In this document: one piece after another, positions 15,570-20,000 of the stretch
Position numbering within the stretch: position 1 is the stretch's first letter
Layout: every line of letters begins with the position of its first letter
From: an uncultured virus (IMG/VR IMGVR_UViG_3300043423_000026)
Lineage: Duplodnaviria; Heunggongvirae; Uroviricota; Caudoviricetes; Crassvirales
Direction: 5' to 3' (one strand)
IMG/VR virus record: IMGVR_UViG_3300043423_000026
DNA: 20,000 nt
Translations under genes and position numbers: made by a program
Notes under the pieces: model-generated
Databases searched by the model: none
Told to the model about the DNA's origin: nothing
The model's input: only the letters and a program-made list of their open reading frames with translations

Positions 15570-16394
15570 ATGAAAAAAATACATACCCCTCAAAATGTAG
15601 CGCATTTATTCGCTAATCAATTGCAAACAGAAGCAACCACACAAGGACGAAATTTCTACTTTATCAATGAAAAAATTTATAGTTATGGAAATCATTTTTG
15701 TATCGCTAAATTTGTGGATAATTATACGCTTTTATTTACTGAAAGAAGCTATAGCAATACAACCGCCAAGCATATAAACCACGTATACAACGCCACAAGC
15801 CACAAAAACAGAATCTTTTGTTATAACCCAATAGGGACGCACGAACAGAATTTTAAATATTGGTTTGACCAAGCCGAGGAAATACTAAAAAAACTATCTA
15901 ACGCCCGTAAACCTGAAATATACTTAAACCAATTAAACCAAATCAAAGATAAAGCCACTAAATACACTAACTATTTCGGAATAGATATATTTAAGCCGTT
16001 GGAATTATTGCTATCCATTACGGATAAGGACGAGGTAAAAAGCTATTTGGAAACCAAACAAAAGTTAATCGAGGCCGACAAAAAACGCATTGAAAAAGAA
16101 AAAGCAAAGGCGCATAAAATAGCCCTTTCAAAGTGGCGCAAATTTGAATCGCAAACACTTTACACCCGTGACGGGTTCGACTATTTGCGAAAAGATAGCG
16201 AAAACTTTCAAACCTCGCAAGGGGTTAAAATACCTTTGGCCGTTGGTTTACGTTTCTACAATAATTTAATTAACAACAAAGTAAAAGCGGGGGAAACTTT
16301 TTTAAGTTACACTATTAGCGAGGTTAGTAAAAAACTTATAAAAATAGGGTGCCATACTATAACACTAAAAGAAATTAACGCAATAGTAAAATAA
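15570..16394 (+). CDS. Early hypothetical protein (274 aa)
   Basis: IYSYGNHFCIA...YSNTTAKH N-terminal motif, coiled-coil middle, C-terminal IGCHTI. Confidence 0.85.
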   Translation: MKKIHTPQNVAHLFANQLQTEATTQGRNFYFINEKIYSYGNHFCIAKFVDNYTLLFTERSYSNTTAKHINHVYNATSHKNRIFCYNPIGTHEQNFKYWFDQAEEILKKLSNARKPEIYLNQLNQIKDKATKYTNYFGIDIFKPLELLLSITDKDEVKSYLETKQKLIEADKKRIEKEKAKAHKIALSKWRKFESQTLYTRDGFDYLRKDSENFQTSQGVKIPLAVGLRFYNNLINNKVKAGETFLSYTISEVSKKLIKIGCHTITLKEINAIVK

Positions 16395-16439
16395 TATCAA
16401 CGGGGGCAAAAGCCCCCAATTAAACCAATATAAAATGAA
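16387..16439 (+). repeat. Hairpin-containing gene-junction repeat, copy 2
   Basis: See copy 1. Confidence 0.95.
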
Positions 16440-16776
16440 TCCAAAAATAGAAACTATAAACAGAAAAAACGATTTAATTAAACAAGGTTGGAATTTTGTA
16501 ACATTAGAAACTTACAAAGAAATACTTTCAACATTTGGCTTAAAATTAGATAATAATAGTAAACATTTATATTATAATAACTTAAATAGAAAACTTGGGA
16601 ATTGGCTTGAATGCAGTATTGACGCAATAGACGAAACTAACAAAGGCTTTGCAAATATTTATGGCACCTTTTACAATAACCACGCAATGAAAAGAACAGA
16701 TATATATATTGAATTTAAAAAATTTAGAAATACATATTTCACCGAATTAAAAACAGGCCATTTAATTTGTATTTAA
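16435..16776 (+). CDS. Early hypothetical protein bounded by repeats on both sides
   Basis: 113 aa; ATG lies within repeat copy 2 and TAA within copy 3. Confidence 0.8.
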   Translation: MNPKIETINRKNDLIKQGWNFVTLETYKEILSTFGLKLDNNSKHLYYNNLNRKLGNWLECSIDAIDETNKGFANIYGTFYNNHAMKRTDIYIEFKKFRNTYFTELKTGHLICI

Positions 16777-16806
16777 TATCAACGGGGGCAAAAGCCCCCA
16801 ATTAAA
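16774..16806 (+). repeat. Hairpin-containing gene-junction repeat, copy 3 (partial)
   Basis: TAAtatcaacGGGGGCaaaaGCCCCCaattaaa, identical to 33 nt of copy 2. Confidence 0.95.
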
Positions 16807-16866
16807 ACGGCTTTAAACACTATCATAATTGTGTGGGCAAATTTTAAACTCTAAAACTTTAAAAAA

Positions 16867-17052
16867 ATGAAAAAATTAACTGCAAAAGAAGTATTAAAAA
16901 AATACAAAGGAAAATATATCGAAGTAAACGAATTGCCATTTTGGGACAAAAACGAAAAAGGGGAAACACTTTTTGAAGTCCGTAAAAGTTATGCGAAAAT
17001 ACAAGAAAACACAACGCTCGTGTTAGATACTAATTTTATAAATAATTACTAA
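16867..17052 (+). CDS. Hypothetical protein
   Basis: 61-aa ORF with A-rich leader. Confidence 0.7.
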   Translation: MKKLTAKEVLKKYKGKYIEVNELPFWDKNEKGETLFEVRKSYAKIQENTTLVLDTNFINNY

Positions 17053-17053
17053 A

Positions 17054-17224
17054 ATGAAATACTTTAATATTAAAACTCAATACGGAATTGAAACTATAGA
17101 CCAATTAAACGCAAAAGACTTTAATAGTTTGACTGAATTTAATAAAGAAATTAAACGGCTAAAAAGCGAATACCATTTGGCGGGAATAAATGTGTATATA
17201 AGTCAAAGGTCGTCAAAAAATTAA
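17054..17224 (+). CDS. 56-aa hypothetical protein
   Basis: Not in track. MKYFNIKTQYGIETIDQLNAKDFNSLTEFNKEIKRLKSEYHLAGINVYISQRSSKN*. Confidence 0.7.
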   Translation: MKYFNIKTQYGIETIDQLNAKDFNSLTEFNKEIKRLKSEYHLAGINVYISQRSSKN

Positions 17225-17245
17225 CAAAACTTTAACAAATTTAAG

Positions 17246-17276
17246 TTTGTAATGTAAAAGTAATGTACTATATTTG
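17246..17276 (+). promoter_or_regulatory. Bacteroidota sigma-A type early promoter, copy 2
   Basis: TTTG-19 nt-TATATTTG, a full -33/-7 consensus. Confidence 0.85.
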
Positions 17277-17302
17277 TACTATAATTATTAAATATTAAAA
17301 CT

Positions 17303-17452
17303 ATGGAAGAAACTGAGAAATTTTACCAATGGCTATTGAAAATAAAAAGCATTCATTTGGCCGACAATAAAAAGATGAATAAAGCCTATTCAATTGTTTA
17401 TGAAAATAGTCAACAACCTTTAAAGGAAAAGAAATGTATTTTATTTATTTAG
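17303..17452 (+). CDS. 49-aa hypothetical protein
   Basis: Not in track. MEETEKFYQWLLKIKSIHLADNKK...; first ORF after promoter copy 2. Confidence 0.6.
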   Translation: MEETEKFYQWLLKIKSIHLADNKKMNKAYSIVYENSQQPLKEKKCILFI

Positions 17453-17580
17453 AATATTTAGGAAATAATGAACTTGTAGCAAAAGTCAATAGCTACTATA
17501 GAGCAAAAAAAATGTGCAACAAACTAACCAATGAAAATTATATAGGTTGGTATAAAAAACAACAATTAAAACTTTATTAA
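17434..17580 (+). CDS. 48-aa hypothetical protein
   Basis: Not in track. MYFIYLEYLGNNELVAKVNSYYRAKKMCNKL...; ends 1 nt before the next ATG. Confidence 0.55.
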   Translation: MYFIYLEYLGNNELVAKVNSYYRAKKMCNKLTNENYIGWYKKQQLKLY

Positions 17581-17581
17581 A

Positions 17582-17815
17582 ATGAAAATTATATCAATAA
17601 CAAAACAAGAATGGAAAACAATTAGTCCAACAAAATCAGGAATTGACAATCAAAGATTGGATACTGAGTACCCTATTTTATTTAACACCAATGAAATGAT
17701 TACGGCAGAAAAAAGCGTATATGGAGGTACAAGGATAACCTATAAAAAAGCAATGGTCGATGTACTGTATTGCAAAGAAACATTGGAACAAGTAACTAAT
17801 TTAATAAATAAATAG
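17582..17815 (+). CDS. Hypothetical protein
   Basis: 77-aa ORF ending YCKETLEQVTNLINK. Confidence 0.7.
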   Translation: MKIISITKQEWKTISPTKSGIDNQRLDTEYPILFNTNEMITAEKSVYGGTRITYKKAMVDVLYCKETLEQVTNLINK

Positions 17816-17817
17816 CT

Positions 17818-17967
17818 ATGGAATCAATTAAACCTTATCGTATTTATTACGCAACAAAATACATTTGCACTGTATCGGCTTACACTAAATTTCAAGCCTT
17901 GGACAAAGTATATTACACGTTAAGTTATTTAAACATAGATAGAAACCTATTAACAACAAAGAAATGA
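17818..17967 (+). CDS. 49-aa hypothetical protein
   Basis: Not in track. MESIKPYRIYYATKYICTVSAYTKFQALDKVYY...; ATGA overlap with the next gene. Confidence 0.65.
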   Translation: MESIKPYRIYYATKYICTVSAYTKFQALDKVYYTLSYLNIDRNLLTTKK

Positions 17968-18251
17968 AAATACACCTTAAATTTGACCACACTAAAAAAC
18001 ATTGTTTGGAGGCCTTAGATTGTCCGTATACTATAGACGAATCAAACGAACAAGTTAACAATGTTATTGAGAAAATGATTAACGCTAAAGGTATGGATAA
18101 GAAAAGCCAATTAGCTGAGCTAATCAATCAGGAACTTGACTACTCAATCATCCTATACTTGGCCACTAATTTAGTCACCAAGGAAATGGAGAAAAGAATG
18201 ATGAAAATAATGTTAAACCAATTTTTAGATGATGATGATGAACTTATTTAA
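17964..18251 (+). CDS. Hypothetical protein
   Basis: 95-aa ORF with acidic C-terminus. Confidence 0.7.
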   Translation: MKIHLKFDHTKKHCLEALDCPYTIDESNEQVNNVIEKMINAKGMDKKSQLAELINQELDYSIILYLATNLVTKEMEKRMMKIMLNQFLDDDDELI

Positions 18252-18462
18252 AGTAAACACAACGGGTTATTCTGAGGAGGATTTCTACCTACAGACTGAA
18301 CTTGAAGAGCAGGATATTATAGAGGTTATTACGCCTATAGTTAATCGAGAGCGTGATGGCTATGAAGATTACGACAACGAATTATTATTTGACGCTTTGA
18401 AAGAGCGCTATCCAAGAAAAAAGATTAAACTATATACAGAGTTTCATCTTATAACAATTTAG
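18229..18462 (+). CDS. Acidic hypothetical protein
   Basis: 77-aa D/E-rich ORF; exact start among four consecutive ATGs uncertain. Confidence 0.7.
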   Translation: MMMMNLFKVNTTGYSEEDFYLQTELEEQDIIEVITPIVNRERDGYEDYDNELLFDALKERYPRKKIKLYTEFHLITI

Positions 18463-18464
18463 AA

Positions 18465-18612
18465 TCGAGTAGTATTAAAGGAATCCTTGATTGTCGTCAA
18501 TGTAGGCCGTTGTAATGCCATTGGTTAATTCAGGTTCTACTCGAAAGGTTTAACGCCTTATTCATACTCTGAAATTACAATAAGACTGACTAATAGGAAA
18601 GACTATTTTTTA
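18465..18612 (+). ncRNA. Structured intergenic RNA with predicted pseudoknot (manA-motif-like)
   Basis: TCGAGTAG(18465-72)/CTACTCGA(18537-44) closes a multiloop with two internal hairpins; loop GTTGTAAT is complementary to ATTACAAT (18574-81); 3' AATAG-GAAAGA-CTATT hairpin followed by a T-run. Confidence 0.65.
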
Positions 18613-18635
18613 TTAACTTAAAAACAAATAAAATT

Positions 18636-18890
18636 ATGAAATATTATGATTACGATAAAGCTAAATCAATTATCGAAGAAAATAAAAATAAAGGTTTAGT
18701 AGAAGCAATTTTAGGAATGAAAGAAGATTGGAATTGGACATCTGAAACAATTTGGGATAATGGTAAATACGTTATGGTATTAGAAGAAGATACAGAAATT
18801 GCGGGTATTAGTGGTTCAACGTGGGCTACACCCGTATTAGAATTATTTTATTCAGATGAAACAAAAATAACTTTAAATTGTTACAAATAA
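18636..18890 (+). CDS. Hypothetical protein
   Basis: 84 aa; LGMKEDWNWT...GISGSTWATP. Confidence 0.8.
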   Translation: MKYYDYDKAKSIIEENKNKGLVEAILGMKEDWNWTSETIWDNGKYVMVLEEDTEIAGISGSTWATPVLELFYSDETKITLNCYK

Positions 18891-18891
18891 T

Positions 18892-19167
18892 ATGGAAGCA
18901 AATGAAATAACAATAAAAGACCACATAGATATAAGTGCGGTGCTTAAACAATTAGATATTGAGAACGCAAAGCAAGTGTTAAAATCAGCGGGTTACTATG
19001 TAGATAACCTTTGGCAAACTCAGGATGTATTTTCCCGATTTGAATGTACAGAACAAGAGGCTCAAGAGATACTTGACCAAGCGCATACTGACGACATCAT
19101 CCAAGAGAAAATTTGGAATGAAATAGGATATTGTGCGGAAAATATGAACTTAAAACCAATAGAATAA
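18892..19167 (+). CDS. Hypothetical protein
   Basis: 91-aa acidic ORF. Confidence 0.75.
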   Translation: MEANEITIKDHIDISAVLKQLDIENAKQVLKSAGYYVDNLWQTQDVFSRFECTEQEAQEILDQAHTDDIIQEKIWNEIGYCAENMNLKPIE

Positions 19168-19349
19168 TGTGTACACAACCTAACAAACAACGTACAGACT
19201 TAATAAGCATTAAGCCCGTACAAAATGGATTCTTAGTTTACATCAATGATTTTGGAAATTCGGGAACAGTAAGACCCGTACCATTTGTCTTTGAAACTAT
19301 GGACAACCTATTAGAATTTATAAAAAATGAATTTAAAGACTATGAATAA
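19167..19349 (+). CDS. Hypothetical protein
   Basis: Track ORF 19131..19349; likely start is ATG 19167 (TAATG coupling); IKPVQNGFLV motif. Confidence 0.65.
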   Translation: MCTQPNKQRTDLISIKPVQNGFLVYINDFGNSGTVRPVPFVFETMDNLLEFIKNEFKDYE

Positions 19350-19692
19350 ACATATATCAACAACAATATTACTTATCTTTGGGTTATGTATTCAGAGTTG
19401 CACTACAGACATTGAGCAAGTACAACAAGCAATACAACAAGACACACAACACACCATTAGAATATCAAACGAAGGTAAGCCTTTTGAGTATTGGCTATAT
19501 CAGGCGCATTACAATAGTGATGGACAAGATGTTAATATATCGGTGGAATCAGGCACACAGATAACAATGAGTGCGATAGTACCCGTAGTGAATGGTGTTG
19601 CAATTACCCCAAACTTTGATGTGTATCAGGATGGTTTACCCGTAGAGATAAAACAAGTTACATCAGCATTCTATTGGTATAAAGTATTATAA
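19342..19692 (+). CDS. Putative lipoprotein
   Basis: MNKHISTTILLIFGLCIQS-C lipobox, followed by a beta-rich domain. Confidence 0.7.
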   Translation: MNKHISTTILLIFGLCIQSCTTDIEQVQQAIQQDTQHTIRISNEGKPFEYWLYQAHYNSDGQDVNISVESGTQITMSAIVPVVNGVAITPNFDVYQDGLPVEIKQVTSAFYWYKVL

Positions 19693-19708
19693 TAAATAAA
19701 CAATTAAG

Positions 19709-19888
19709 ATGAAACAATCAGCAGTAGAATGGTTAGAGGAAAACTTAATTTCAGAACCTTATAGTGAGTCAGATTTTAAATACAATTCTGAGTGTTGGAA
19801 TCAAGCCAAAGAAATGGAAAAGGAACAATTAAAAGAAATGTACTTAAAAGGTATTAAGAATTATGACCCAAACTTTAAAAACAAATAA
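19709..19888 (+). CDS. 59-aa phage protein (KQxAVEWL...QAKEMEKEQ family)
   Basis: Not in track. MKQSAVEWLEENL...WNQAKEMEKEQLKEMY...; motif I recognise as common in Bacteroidota phages. Confidence 0.8.
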   Translation: MKQSAVEWLEENLISEPYSESDFKYNSECWNQAKEMEKEQLKEMYLKGIKNYDPNFKNK

Positions 19889-19891
19889 AAT

Positions 19892-20000
19892 ATGAAAAGT
19901 AAAACTAAAACAGATATATGTAACAAATTTTGTAAAGGTTGTGAAGAATATACAGATAAGTTAGATAATTGGGGTACAGATGGTATTGATTTATGTGAGG
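19892..20000 (+). CDS. Cys-rich hypothetical protein (partial)
   Basis: MKSKTKTDICNKFCKGCEEY...DLCE, open to the window edge; possible Zn-binding. Confidence 0.55.
   Translation, partial: MKSKTKTDICNKFCKGCEEYTDKLDNWGTDGIDLCE

Noticed and set aside
15042..16806. Hairpin repeats as a CRISPR array or intrinsic terminators
   Set aside because: Copies are separated by whole genes, no cas genes are present, and there is no U-tract after the stem on either strand.
18465..18544. tRNA or hammerhead ribozyme
   Set aside because: About 80 nt with a closing stem, but no T-arm TTCRA loop or proper anticodon arm; no CTGANGA hammerhead core.
14823..19564. Track ORFs 14823..15020(-), 17885..18127(-), 19379..19564(+)
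   Set aside because: Antisense or out-of-frame overlaps with better-supported genes.
1..20000. Stop-codon reassignment as in some crAss-like phages
   Set aside because: Long genes are intact in code 11, and TAG/TGA serve as normal stops at tightly packed junctions.

Overview
AT-rich fragment of a tailed dsDNA phage (or prophage), very probably infecting Bacteroidota (Flavobacteriia-like). Host inference rests on TTTG-N19-TAnnTTTG promoters and A-rich leaders without Shine-Dalgarno sites. The left arm (1-13816) is almost all minus strand. In transcription order it holds: a conserved small ORF; groEL, three small ORFs and groES; a lone plus-strand winged-HTH gene; a run of about 12 tiny, mostly Lys-rich proteins, six of which share an N-proximal DTP(N)L-like motif; a head-spike-base-like protein; a holin/lysozyme/u-spanin lysis cassette; a ferritin/Dps-like protein; a 1234-aa fibre adhesin; and a BspA-type LRR protein that runs off the left edge. 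Two non-coding control regions sit in the centre: an iteron-like GACAT cluster with an IHF-like site (about 13320-13525) and a GC-rich, repeat- and hairpin-rich island (about 13870-14260) at the strand switch. The right arm (14396-20000, plus strand) is an early-type region of small unknown ORFs. It has two near-identical promoters, repeated hairpin-containing gene junctions and a pseudoknotted ncRNA candidate resembling manA (18465-18612). All family assignments are from motif recognition by eye; no searches were run.
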